Below are positions 25,630 to 40,190 of a stretch of DNA of 64,000 nucleotides, piece after piece. The notes below the pieces were generated by a model that had not been told where the DNA came from, did no database searches, and saw only the letters and a program-made list of their open reading frames with translations. Location: NCBI GenBank assembly GCA_964016885.1, contig OZ024763.1:12958001-13022000 (forward strand). The letters run 5' to 3'. The DNA is from Eledone cirrhosa. Lineage: Eukaryota. The first letter of the stretch is position 1. Every line of letters begins with the position of its first letter. A program made the translations under genes and the position numbers.

Positions 25630-27710
25630 ACACACCACCACCACCACCAACACTGCCACCATGACAACCATCATCACTACCACCAACAACACCATCACCA
25701 CCACCAACAACACTACCACCATGACAACCATCGTCACTACCACCACCACCACCATTGCCACAATTAGCACCACCACCACTTCCACCATGACAACCATCAT
25801 CACTACCCCCAACAACACCACCACCACCAACAATAACACTACCACCATGACAACCCACGTCACCACCACCACCACTGCCACTATGACACACCATCATCAC
25901 TACCACCAACAACACCACCACCACCACCACCAACAATAACACTACCATCATGACAACCATCGTCACCACCTCCACCATTGCCACAATTAGCACCACCACC
26001 ACTGCCACCATGACACACCATCATCACTACCACCACCATCACCACTATCAACATAACTATCACCACCATCAACAACACCAACACCACCATCATCACTACC
26101 ATCATGATTACCATACATCTACCAAGACCAACAACACCCCCACCTCCATACCATCATTGAGACCGCCATCACCACCACCACCACCACACTCAGTCATCTA
26201 CCCCCCTACAATCTCCACTCTAACTGCACCAGTACTACCCCCTAAAATCCCCACCCTCACCACTACCCACCACAAATTACACTCGGGGGAGGGGGGTGTT
26301 ATTTATCCCCAACTCCCACTACTACCCTCTACAATCCCCACCACCACCACCACCACCACCACCACCACCACCAATCAGTTATCTAAACCCCCCCCACCAT
26401 ACTCAGTCACCCCCTACTACTGCCCTTTACAACCCCCACCCCCCCCTAGCCCCACCCCTACCACCCTGCGTTAACAAGAAGATAAACTCACCATTTTACT
26501 CTAACAAAGTTTACCAAGTTGTTTTTTATGTTTGTTTATATTTTCCTTTGTTGTTGTTGTTGTTTCATTTTACACTTTTTGTGAAGAGGCTGTCACCCCC
26601 CCATACCTTCCCTCACTTTACTTCTCCTCCCCATACCCTCCACCACCCTTCATCAACACTGCCACTAACACCACCAACACCTTATTCATTACATGTCCAT
26701 CATCTTCATCACCATCACCAACACTACCATCACCATCTCAACCATCACTACTAACACCAACACCATCAACACCAACACTACCATCACCATCACACCACCA
26801 ACATCACCATCTCAACCATCACCACCAACATCATCGTCATCAACACCAACACCATCACAACCATCACCATCAACACCAACACTACCATCACCAACACCAA
26901 CACCATCAACATCACCATCACACCACCACCACCACCACCATCTCAACCATCACTACTAACACCATCATCACCAACACTACCATCACCATCACCATCATCA
27001 CTACCACCACCCCGCCATCAACACTACTATCAACACCATCATCACCAACACTACCATCACCAACACCATCACCATCACACCACCACCATCTCAACCATCA
27101 CTACTAACACCATCAACACCAACACCATCACCATCATCACTACCATCACCATCATCACTACCACCACCCCGCCATCAACACTACTATCAACACCATCATC
27201 ACCAACACTACCATCACCAAGACCAACACCATCAACATCACCATCAACACCAACACTACCATCACCAACACCAACACCATCACCATCATCACACCACCAA
27301 CAACACCATCTCAACCATCACGACCATCACCATCAACACCAACACTACCATCACGAAGACCAACACCATCAACATCACCATCATCATCAACACCAACACT
27401 ACCATCACCAACACCAACACCATCACAACATCACCATCACACCACCAACAACACCATCTCAACCATCACTACAAACACCATCATCACCAACACTACCATC
27501 ACCAACACCAACACCATCAACACCACTATCATCACTACCACCACCCCGCCATCAACACTACTATCAACACCACCAATACCACCATCAACACTACAATCAC
27601 CACCGTCAACACCATCGAAAAAAAAAACACCACCACCGCCACCATCAACACCACCAACACCATCACCATCACCATCAAAACACCATCAACACCACCACCG
27701 CCACCATCAC
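25630..27710. repeat. Degenerate (CAC/CAT/CAA)n region
   Basis: Trinucleotide-derived low-complexity sequence with internal duplications. Confidence 0.9.
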
Positions 27711-28865
27711 TCATGTGAGAGATAGAATAGTTTATGTTTAGTTAAAATCTCAGAAATAGTCTGTCTTCAGACTCACCTGTAATAGGAGGCAAGGCATTTT
27801 GAACAGAAGCCAGACAACGGACATACATACATACACATACATAGACATACATACACCACACACACACACATACATAGACATACATAGACACATACATACA
27901 CCACACACACACACACATACATACACACACATACAGACATACATACACCACACACACGCACATACACATACATAGACACATACATACACCACACACACAT
28001 ACATAGACATACATAGACACATACATACACCACACACACACACACATACATACATACACATACAGACATACATAGACACATACATACACCACACACACAC
28101 ACACACACATACATAGACACATACATACACCACACACACACATACATAGACACATACATACACCACACACACACATACATAGACATACAGACACATACAT
28201 ACACCACCCACACACACACATATATATATATACACACATACACATACATACATTATACACAAACATATATATATATATACACAAACACATACACCATACA
28301 CACCACACACAGATATATATATATATATAAATACACCATACATACACAGACACCGACATATATATATACCATACACACACACAGACCTACATATATATAC
28401 ACCATGCACATATATATATATAAATATATCGATATACACACATACATACATCATACACCATACACAGATACACAGAAGAGTGAACTACCTTTCAACCAGG
28501 AAACTGAGGTTTTCACATGTAGGCCACCCACCAGCCACCACCCACCACCCACCTGATACCCAGGTTCTGATTAAGATTGACAATGATCTGAGCAAATATA
28601 TTATTATCATCATAATCATAATCGTTATCATAATCATCATCATCATCTTCAATTATCATCATCATCATCATCATCATCATCACCAACAACAACACCATCT
28701 ATGAGGGTCAATATTTTGAGACCAGCTTTCACCCACCCTCTTCCCAGGTCTTTGTTGGTCTTCTTCTTCTTCATCTTCCTTCCACTTGTTTCATTCCTTT
28801 GTGATGTCCAGTCTTTTGAACTCAGCTCTCATCACTTCTGCCAAGGTTACTACTACTGGCTGCAG

Positions 28866-29263
28866 AAAGGAGTTGATCATCAGATCAGACAAAGAAAACA
28901 ATGTTTCCATTGGTCTTTCTATTGCCAACACTGTCTGTCAGTCACAACTCCTGGCAGAAGAAAGAAGCTGATCATCAGATAAGACCAAGGAAACAATGTT
29001 TCCATTGGTCTTTCCATTGCTGATACTGTCTGTTGGTCACAACTCCTGGCAGAAGAAAGGAGCTGATCATCAGATCAAACCTAGGAAACAGTGTTTCTAT
29101 TGATCTTTCCATTGTTGATACTGTCTGTTGGTGACAACTCCTGGCAGAAGAAAGGAGCTGATCATCAGATCAGACCAAGGAAACAATGTTTCTATTGGTA
29201 ATTCCATTACTGATGTTATCTGTTGGTCACAACTCTTGGTAGAAGAAAGGAGCTGATCATCAG
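28866..29263. repeat. 95-bp structured minisatellite (~4 copies)
   Basis: Same unit as 48585-49060. Confidence 0.92.
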
Positions 29264-29609
29264 TTTTGACATGAAGTGTTCCAGTTGTTCAATCAATGGA
29301 ACAGCTTGCTTGTGATGTTAACACGTAAGTGGCTGCGCATTATGATACAATATGGAGTCTACAAGTAATTCAAAAGGTCAGTCTTATAATACACTGTGTC
29401 AGGCTGAATCTCTGTGAGAACTATGTTAAGGACACACATGTCTGTGGAATACTCTTATTTTATAACTACTTATTTTATAATACAACTACTTATTTTATAA
29501 TACAAGATGGACTGTAGATGTAATTCAAAGGCCCAGTCATATCAGCCAATGTCCATGTGTGTGTGTGTGTGCATATGTATGTATGTGTATGTGTCTGTGT
29601 TACACTTAA

Positions 29610-29830
29610 CCCTTTAGCATTTGCATTATTCTATTCTTACTGTTCTATTTTCATGGTAAAAGCTTTATCTCACATAATTATCTCATATAATATCGTATCT
29701 ATGAGATTTTGATATTATTTATTTTGAGAACAAAACCTAAACATCAGTAAGAGCAGCCAGTTACAGCCAGTTTATACAGAAAGAGGTTAAAGAATTCTGG
29801 CCAGAGATGGCCAGTTTAAATGCTAAAGGG
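29610..29830 (+). mobile_element. Complete 221-bp piggyBac-like MITE (family 1 reference copy)
   Basis: TTAA|CCCTTTAGCATTT ... AAATGCTAAAGGG|TTAA; 13-bp perfect TIR with TTAA TSD. Confidence 0.9.
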
Positions 29831-30335
29831 TTAAACATGCAGTCCAACTTGGTGTATAAACCTAGACTTCCTTCTGTGCATCTCTGACAAACAATTAACA
29901 CGAGTGGTAGATAAGAATCTGCACTTTTAGTTACATTTCTAGAAAAAAAACAGAACTAAAAAGTCTGAAATGAATGCTTAGATTAATAATGGTTAACACA
30001 TTTTGTTGTCTCAGTCGAGAGAGGATGTGGGCTCTGTTTGGAAGAAATTCCTCAAATTTTAAGGAGTTTTGTCTTACTTTAAGCCATTTTCTTTTGATTA
30101 AAAGTTTACAAATGTATGTACTACGGTAAAAGCGGACGTAGAATAGGGTGGTGGTGATTATATACACATATATATATATATACACACATGCATATATATA
30201 TACATATACATATATATATATATAAACACACGTATATATATATATGTATATGTATATATATATATATGTATGTGTATACATATATATATTAAGTATAACA
30301 AGATGAAGTTTCACATGAATATATGTGTGTCTGTA

Positions 30336-30366
<31 letters not shown>

Positions 30367-30831
30367 GTACATATATATATATAGACATATATATATATAT
30401 ATATATATATGTCTATATATACACAGTTTGTAATTGCTAATAAAGTAGTTACAAGAACCAAAACATAGTTCTTAGTCAGGTTGAGTATATTTTTTTTATT
30501 AACATATCCCACACACAGATTCCAAGTACAGATAGATGTACACATTAGTGTGGGGTCTATATATATATATATATATATACATGTATACATACATATATGT
30601 ATGTGTAGACATATATGCATACATGTATGTATGTATATATATATATATATACACATGCTAGCAGGGAAAAGACGGTAAATGATTATGATAGTATATATGT
30701 ATATGTGTGTATGTGTACATGTAGATCTATATATATACATATGTGTATATATATATATATATAAATATATATATACATGCTAGCAGGGAAAAGACGTTAA
30801 ATGATTATGATAGTGTATATGTGTACATGTG

Positions 30832-30877
<46 letters not shown>

Positions 30878-31406
30878 TGTATGCATGTATTATATATGTA
30901 TGCATGTATATGTATATGTATATATTTGTGTGTGTGTGTATATCTGTATATATGTATGTATGTATATATGTATGTATGTATGTATGTATGTGTGTATATC
31001 TGTATATATATGTATGTATGTATGTACGTATGTATATATATGTATTTACGTGTGTGTATATGTCCGTATATATACATAAGTTCCACCTGGTGTTTATTCC
31101 TGGCAAATCTCACCAGTAAACCATTTCAAGTCTTCACATTCCTCAACTCTTCACCTTTTTCTTTGTTGAAATCATCACTCCATTGTTGCTCATGGAATGG
31201 TTTCTAATTTAGGCACAAGGCCAGCAATCTTCAATGGCGGCAGGAGTAACAGTAAACGATGCAGACCCCAGTGTGTTACTGGTGCTTTATTTTACTGACC
31301 CTGCCAGAAGGGTAAAAGCCAAAGTTTACCTCGAGGTGTTTGAACTCAGAACTTAAGGGACCAGAAAAATACTGGTAATTATTTGTCAGAGGATCTACCA
31401 ATTCTT

Positions 31407-31465
<59 letters not shown>

Positions 31466-31484
31466 ATATATATATATGTATCTG

Positions 31485-31583
<99 letters not shown>

Positions 31584-31639
31584 TATCATCATCATCATCA
31601 TTTTACGTTTGCTTTTCCCTGCTTGCAAAGGTGGGACAA

Positions 31640-31690
<51 letters not shown>

Positions 31691-31696
31691 TGTTTG

Positions 31697-31745
<49 letters not shown>

Positions 31746-31746
31746 T

Positions 31747-31790
<44 letters not shown>

Positions 31791-31804
31791 TACGGAAATA
31801 CTTC

Positions 31805-31847
<43 letters not shown>

Positions 31848-32026
31848 TATATGTATGTATGTATATATATATATATATATATATGAAGTATTTCCGTAGG
31901 AAGGGTAAAGGAAAGGAGAGTGCTCTATTATGCTACAGAGCTATTTAATTATCATAATTATATATATATAAAGTACCAGTAATGCACTGGGTAATTTGCT
32001 TGGCCTTGTGCCTAAAGTAGAAACAA

Positions 32027-32086
<60 letters not shown>

Positions 32087-32118
32087 ATATATAACATATA
32101 TGTTATATATATATATAT

Positions 32119-32513
<395 letters not shown>

Positions 32514-32628
32514 GTATATATATATATATATATATTATATATGTATATATATATATAATATATATATATATTATATATATATATATATATTATATATATA
32601 TATTATATATATATATATATTATATATA

Positions 32629-32695
<67 letters not shown>

Positions 32696-32697
32696 AT

Positions 32698-33027
32698 GGA
32701 GGCACATGGCTTAGTGGTTAGAGCATTGGCTTTGCAATCGAAAGGTTGTGAGTTCAATTCTCAGACCGGGTGATGTGTTGTTTCCTTGAGCAAGACACTT
32801 TATTTCACGTTGCTCCAGTTTACTCAGCTGTAGAAATGAGATTATAGGGACTGGGATCCCTATCATTCGTGGAGGTGCCACGGCAAAAAAGCACCCAGCA
32901 CTCACTGTAAATGAGGTTGGTGTTAGGAAGGGCATCCAGCTGTAGAAATCAAGCCAGAACCAGTTCCCGTCCCACCCTTGCAAGCAGGGAAAAGTGGACG
33001 TAAAATGAAATGATGATGAAATGATGA
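32698..33027 (+). mobile_element. SINE family A copy (small internal deletion)
   Basis: Same head and tail as 1179-1529. Confidence 0.9.
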
Positions 33028-33052
33028 TATATATATATATATATAATATATA

Positions 33053-33097
<45 letters not shown>

Positions 33098-33136
33098 ATA
33101 TATATTATATATATATATATATATTATATATATATA

Positions 33137-33188
<52 letters not shown>

Positions 33189-33774
33189 CCACCAGTTTAA
33201 CTTCTTCCTCTCCCTCCCATTAGTTACTGCTACATACATGTACTCCTCCTCCTGTTTCCCCCTCCCTATCGGTATGTTTTCTATGTTTTTTTCTCTTCTG
33301 TTTATTTTCTTTCTCTTCGCCATCGTCTCCTTTTCTTTTCTTTCCCCAATAACTTCCCAGCTATTGACGCACCGTGGATAGATGTATTGTCTTTGATGCA
33401 TTGAAATATCCAAGACCCACAGCAGACAACTGATGAGGGGACTGTCCTTTGTTGTGTTTTTCTTACATTTCTAAACACTCATTTTTAGTAATGACACAGC
33501 ACCTTGTCCCTTCTATATATATAAAAAAATACTGCAGCTTTGGAAGCATCCGATGATGTTGACCAGTTCTTCTTTTCGGGTAGTGTTTTTGATGCTCAGA
33601 GAGTGGGATTGGTAGAGTGCAAGGCCTTTCACCACTTATAAAACCTTCAAAGCAGAGGCACTGCTTGTTCAGGATCTGTTACAGGTTCGTGTGGCAGGCC
33701 GTAGCCTAAAAGTGCACCAAACTCTATAATCTGACAAGTGATTTCAACACTCTTAGCAGAGTTTGCAGCCATCA

Positions 33775-34408
33775 TCTAGGACTATATTATGTAATGTGCT
33801 CTTCCGTGTGGTTGCTATTGTATGTATGTGTATCTAGGACTACATTATCTAATGTGTCCTTCCTTAGTGTTGACACAGTGTATCTAGGACTACATTATCT
33901 AATGTGTCCTTCCTTAGTGTTGACACAGTGTATCTAGGACTACATTATCTAATGTGTCCTTCCTTAGTGTTGACACAGTGTATCTAGGACTACATTATCT
34001 AATGTGTCTTACTTTGTCGGCACGGTATAGCTAGGACTACATTATCTAATGAGTCCTTCCTTGGTGTTGACACAGTGTATCTAGGACTACATTATCTAAT
34101 GTGTCCTTCCTTGTTGTTGGCACTGTATATCTAGGACTACATTATCTAATGTGTCTTACTTTGTCGGCACGGTATAGCTAGGACTACATTATCTAATGTG
34201 TCCTTCCTTGGTGTTGACACAGTGTATCTAGGACTACATTATCTAATGTGTCCTTCCTTGGTGTTGACACAGTGTATCTAAGACTACATTATTTAATGTG
34301 TCCTTCCTTGGTGTTGACACAGTGTATCTAGGACTACATTATCTAATGTGTCCTTCCTTGGTGTTGACACAGTATATCTAGGACTACATTATCTAACATG
34401 TCCTTCCT
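33775..34408. repeat. 50-bp minisatellite, ~12 copies
   Basis: Unit gtgtatctaggactacattatctaatgtgtccttccttggtgttgacaca. Confidence 0.95.
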
Positions 34409-34636
34409 AGTTTATCTTCTGCAGTGTGGGATCTGAGAGAGATTCGGCTGTTATTTCTAGCAGATCTAACAACTGCCTTAGAGCCTTCCCTCCGCTAGGA
34501 TCTCATGGTTGATAAACTACGGGGAATGTTTTCAGGTGTCAGGTGTCACCATAGTTTGCTTCGTTAGCAGGTAAATATCAGGTAAGAAAATAAAAAAACT
34601 GTTAATTAATATACACAGACAAACGTAACACCATAC

Positions 34637-34703
34637 CTGGTGTTTTCTCCTACTCTTCCTACTCCTCCCACTCCTACCCCACCCTGGCTAATTAGCTTAG
34701 CTT
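34637..34703 (-). CDS. Candidate 67-nt coding exon (phase 1 to 2)
   Basis: tctttaacag|(E)AKLISQGGVGVGGVGRVGENT|CAG gtatgg; long upstream pyrimidine tract; only one open frame. Confidence 0.35.
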
Positions 34704-34965
34704 CTGTTAAAGACATACAGGTAGACAGACAGGCTGAAGAGGAAGGAGACAGAGAGAGAGAGATGGTGGGGAGGCGGGGGGAGGTGAGTAGACAGGATGA
34801 AGGAAGAGCAAGTAGAGAAGAGGAAGACAGAGGTCTGTCATACATACATACATATACGCACAGACACATATATATATGATGATGATGATGATATCATCAT
34901 CATCATCATCATCTTCGTTTAGTGTCCATTTTCCACGCTAGCATGGGTTACATATATGTATTTAT

Positions 34966-35004
<39 letters not shown>

Positions 35005-35121
35005 TATAGACACACACTCCCACACATATATATATATAAGAAAGAGTCGGGACCCCGATGGTTGAGCTCTTGCCGTATCAACAGCTAGTTCCATATAAAT
35101 ACTGCGTATATATATATATAT

Positions 35122-35475
35122 GGAGGCACATGGCTTAGTGGTTAGAACATTGGTCTTGCAATCGAAAGGTTGTGAGTTCAATTCTCAGACCGGGTGATGT
35201 GTTGTTTCCTTGAGCAAGACACTTTATTTCACATTGCTCCAGTTTACTCAGCTGTAGAAATGAGATGATAGGGACTGGGGTCGCTATCATTCCACTGCAA
35301 AGTGGTCGTGGAGGTGCCACGACAAAAAAAAGAAGCACCCAGCACTCACTGTAAATGAGGTTGGTGTTAGGAAGGGCATCCAGCTGTAGAAATCAAGCCA
35401 GAATCAGTTCCCGTCCCACCCTTGCAAGGAGGGAAAAGCGGACGTAAAATGAAATGAAAATGAAAATGAAATGAA
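35122..35475 (+). mobile_element. SINE family A copy
   Basis: Full head and tail. Confidence 0.9.
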
Positions 35476-35890
35476 TATATATATATATATATGGTGAATG
35501 ATGGGGGTCCATAATTTTGAGGACAGATGCATAGAGCACTAGAAGATCAAACGAGATGTACGTAAGCAATGCCCTGGTGTGTATCTCGAAACGATTGGTG
35601 TCTCCAGTGAATAGGTGTGCCCTGAGTGTGGAAAGATGTGCTTGAGCAAATCTGGTCTCAGGAGCCACAGTCACAGCCGTATTTCAAAGAGAACCAGTGA
35701 ACTAAGATCTCCACGGTGTTGTGGAGGTTCACAGGCAACCTGATGCAAGACCTGAGTCCAGGCAGATCCATAGTTGTCGTCAATGTGTTCAAAGGAGTGC
35801 AAGTCTCTACCAGGTTTGAAAAGCCATAGCCAAGCGTCACACATCTGAATCTGACAAGTGATTGCAATACTCTTAGCAGAGTTTTCAGCC

Positions 35891-36229
35891 ATCATCATTT
35901 CATTTTCATTTCATTTCACGTCTGCTTTTCCCTGCTTGCAAGGGTGGGACGGGAACTGATTCTGGCTTGATTTCTACAGCTGGATGCCCTTCCTAACACC
36001 AACCTCATTTACAGTGAGTGCTGGGTGCTTTTTTTACCGTGGCACCTCCACGACCACTTTGCAGTGAAATGATAGGGACCCCAGTCCCTATCATCTCATT
36101 TCTACAGCTGAGTAAACTGGAGCAATGTGAAATAAAGTGTCTTGCTCAAGGAAACAACACATCACCCGGTCTGAGAATTGAACTCACAACCTTTCGATTG
36201 CAAGTCCAATGCTCTAACCACTAAGCCAT
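35891..36229 (-). mobile_element. SINE family A copy, inverted relative to 35122-35475
   Basis: Reverse complement of family A. Confidence 0.9.
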
Positions 36230-36294
36230 CATATATATATAATATATATGCATGTATATGTACTACTAATAAAAAGGACGATTTGTTATGTCTT

Positions 36295-36508
36295 CATTAC
36301 AGTTATTGAGTAGTGACACACGTTTCGTTATTGATCAGCTCAAGGTTTGATCTGGCCCGACTCTGGAATCAATAGCTTGTCAGACTTCTATTCTGGCAAT
36401 GACAGAGGTCCGACGAGCTTTTGATTCCAGAGTTGGGCTAGATCTATACAGATCGAACCCTGAGCTGATCAATAACGAAACATGCGTCACTACTCAATAA
36501 ATGTAATG
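36295..36508. ncRNA. Inverted pair of long-stem-II hammerhead motifs
   Basis: Plus: CCGACGA-[60 nt]-GAAAC-AUGC-GUC^ACUACUC; minus: CUGACAA-[hairpin]-GAAAC-GUGU-GUC^ACUACUC; both followed by aataa. Confidence 0.6.
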
Positions 36509-36775
36509 TAGAGATAACAATTATCTCCTTTATTTGGACTGGATGTTGTGGTACCAACTTTACAGAGAGAGGGTGGTGTTGGTGGGAGTGGGAGGATAGG
36601 GTAGGGGTAGTGGATTGGGGTGTATATTTGGTTACGAGGTGCCTACTTACTGTAGGTTTCACTTTGTACATAGGCAAGGCGGGTCTTCTGTATTACTGCG
36701 TAGCGCCAAAGATCTCGGTCCAGTGACATTGTCTCAGAGAAGTGCAAGTGTGATATATTCAACCTCGGATCAGAG

Positions 36776-37736
36776 GTGACAACAATGATGGTGATGATGA
36801 TGATGATGGTGATGATGTTGATGGTGATGATGATGACGGTGACTGGTGATGATGATGATGGTGATGATGATGATGGTGATGATGATGATGGTGATGATGA
36901 TGATGGTGATGATGATGGTAATGGTGATGGTAATAACAATAATAATGACCATGATGATGATGATTTTGATGACAACAATGATGGTTATGATGTTGATGAT
37001 GATGATGATGATAATGACAATGACAATGATGGTGATAATGGTGATGACGGTGATAATGGTGATGACGATGATGATGACGACAATGACAATGATGATGATG
37101 GTGGTGGTGGTGATGATGACAGTGATGGTAGTAATGGTGATGATGATGGTGAAAATAGTGACGATGGTGATGATGACAGTGGTGATGACATTGATGTTGT
37201 TGTTGATGATGATGATGATGATGATGACAATGGTGATGATGATGTTGATGGTGATGATGATGTTGATGACGATGATGGTGATATTATAGATGATGAGAAT
37301 GGTGATGATGATGGTGATATTATAGATGGTGATAATGGTGATGATGGTGATGATGATGAGAATGGTGATATTATAGATGGTGATAATGGTGATGATGATG
37401 ATTGAGGCTGATGATGATGGTGATGATGATGAGTGTGGTGATATTATAGATGGTGATAATGGTGATGATGATGGTGGTGATGGTGATGGTGGTGATGGTG
37501 GTGATGGTGATGGTGGTGATGGTGATGGTGATGGTGGTGATGATGAGAATGGAGATATTATAGATGGTGATAATGGTGATGATGATGGTGGTGATGGTGA
37601 TGGTGGTGATGGTGGTGATGGTGATGGTGGTGATGGTGATGGTGGTGATGGTGGTGATGATGAGAATGGAGATATTATAGATGGTGATAATGGTGATGAT
37701 GATGACGATAATGATGGTGATGATGATGATGATGGT
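36776..37736. repeat. (GAT/GGT)n low-complexity array
   Basis: Trinucleotide repeats with recurring gatattatagat units. Confidence 0.9.
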
Positions 37737-37944
37737 TTCTGTAATGACAGTACACATTATACAACTAAGCAATGCCCCACCCACCCACCCCAACCAAAAT
37801 GTAATTCCCAATTCAGAGAGAAGTCCCACCTCCATAAACAAAAAACAAAGTAATTATTCTGTTTTGTACACACACACACACACACATATATGTATGTATG
37901 TATGTGTATATATATATATACACACGTGTGTGTGTATGCATTAC

Positions 37945-37998
37945 CTGTATCAGTCAGGTGTGTTTTTCTAATCAAGATAGTTTGGCACACCACCCACA
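37945..37998 (-). CDS. Candidate 54-nt symmetric exon (phase 1 to 1)
   Basis: ttctgctttag|(V)WVVCQTILIRKTHLTDT|CAG gtaatg. Confidence 0.3.
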
Positions 37999-38088
37999 CT
38001 AAAGCAGAACTCTACTATCAGCAACACCACACCAGTTTATTGACTTCACACACATATATATGTGTGTGTGTGTGTGTATATATATATA

Positions 38089-38159
<71 letters not shown>

Positions 38160-38372
38160 ATATATATATGAGTGTGTATATATATATGTGTGTATATATA
38201 TGTGTGTGTATATATATATGTGTGTGTGTATATATATATGTGTGTGTATATATGTGTGTGTGTGTGTATATATATGTGTGTGTGTGTGTGTATGTGTGTT
38301 TGTGTATATATATATATATGTGTATATATTAACTAGCGTGGTAGATGTTAAACGATGATGATTTATATATAT

Positions 38373-38458
<86 letters not shown>

Positions 38459-38584
38459 TTATATAACAACATAGCTATCATCTCCTCTTCTTCATCATTA
38501 GTATTATTACTATCATCATCATCATCATCATCATCATCATTATTATTATTATCACTTTCCTTCGCTCGTCTTTGGTTTCCCCAG

Positions 38585-38675
38585 GCTCAGTTATCACTGT
38601 AGGTGTAGAACTGAGTGAATGGGATACGTAAACAACACGGATCCATTAAAAACAACTCAGAACCAGCAAACGAAG
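38585..38675 (+). other. Candidate plus-strand exon containing an ATG
   Basis: ctttccttcgctcgtctttggtttccccag| ... AAG|gtaatt; ATG at 38619 reads MGYVNNTDPLKTTQNQQTK to a phase-0 donor. Confidence 0.3.
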
Positions 38676-38987
38676 GTAATTTCAGAAACAGTCAGACACC
38701 CAGGTACACAGACAGACAGACAGACAGCCAGACAGACAGACACACAAACAGACAGAGGTGTACAGAGCCAGGTGGAAACAGATATTTGTAGAGAGCCAAA
38801 TTTTAGCATCAGATCTAATATTTATGTATTTGTGTGGTAGACCAACATGGTGTCTGGTTTAACGCCCTCATCTTGTTCTGAAGAAGATGCCTTATGACAG
38901 ACACACAGCCCGTAAAAACCAGATATCTGCTGAGAACCAAACTTTAGCGCCAGAACTAAACTGCCCAAAAGCTGTCTTATTTCACCT

Positions 38988-40190
38988 TGATTGTGGTCCC
39001 TGGTTGTGTCAATTTTGGGCCCAATTATTCAACATACCAACATATTAACACCTCTGATTGGGGGCCCTGGTTGTGTCAATTTTGGGCCCTATTATTCAAC
39101 ATACCAACATATTACCACCTCAGATTGGGGGCCCTGGTTGTGTCAATTTTGGGCCCAATTATTCAACATACCAACATATTACCACCTCAGATTGGGGTCA
39201 CTGGTTGTGTCAATCTTGTACTCTATTGCTCAACAGTTCTGACATATTATGACTCAAGATTGAGGTCCCTGGGCCCCTATTATTCAGCAGTTCTGACATA
39301 TTACCATCCCAGATTGTGGTCCTTAGTTGTATCTAATGTCACCCCTAGTATTCACCAGTACCAACATATTGCTACCCCAGTTGGTGGCCCCTGGCTGTAT
39401 CAATCTTGGACCCTATTATCCAATACTACCAAGATATTACCACCTCAAACTGTGATCCCTAGCTTTGACAATCATCAGCCCTATTATTCAACAGTTCCAA
39501 CATACAAGCCCCTCACATTGTTGTAGTTCCTGACTGTGCCTATCTTGGCCCCTATTATTTAACAGTTCTGACATATTACCACCCCAGATTGTGGTCCCTA
39601 GTTGTATCTATTGTCATCCCTATTATTCACCAGTACCAAGGTATTACCACCCCAGATTGTGGCTCCTGGTAGTGTCAATCTTGGCCCCTATTATCCAATA
39701 GTATCAACATATTACCACCTCAGGTTGTGATCCTTAGTTGTATCTATTGTCACCCCTATTATGCAATATACCGACATATTAGCCCCTCAAATTGTAGTCC
39801 CTGGTTGTGTTAATCTTGGCCCCTATTATCTAACAATACCAACATATTAATAACTCAGATTGTGGTCCCCGGTTATGTCAATCGGCAGCCCTATTATTCA
39901 TCAGTACCAACATATTAGCCCCTCAAATTGTAGTCCCTGGTTGTGTTAATCTTGGCCCCTGTTATCTAACAATACCAATATATTAATAACTCAGATTGTG
40001 GTCCCCGGTTATGTCAATCGGCAGCCCTATTATTCATCAGTACCAACATATTAACCCCTCAAATTGTGGTCCCTGATTCTGTCAATCATAGGCCCTATTA
40101 TTCTACAGTTCCAACATATTACCACCCCAGATTGTGGTGCCTTATTCTCTCTATTGTCAACAATACCAACATATGAGAACCTCAGATCTA
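38988..40190. repeat. ~67-68-bp diverged minisatellite
   Basis: Unit cagattgtggtccctggttgtgtcaatcttggcccctattattcaacagtaccaacatattaccacct; dimeric higher-order repeat near 39770-40065. Confidence 0.92.

Noticed and set aside
30078-30120. 43-nt minus-strand exon candidate (TYICKLLIKRKWLK)
   Set aside because: The acceptor resembles an RTE-tail remnant (tacgtccgctttt) and the sequence is AT-rich, so chance is likely
33430-33480. CUGAUGA-GGGG... hammerhead candidate
   Set aside because: No intact GAAA or stem II; too decayed
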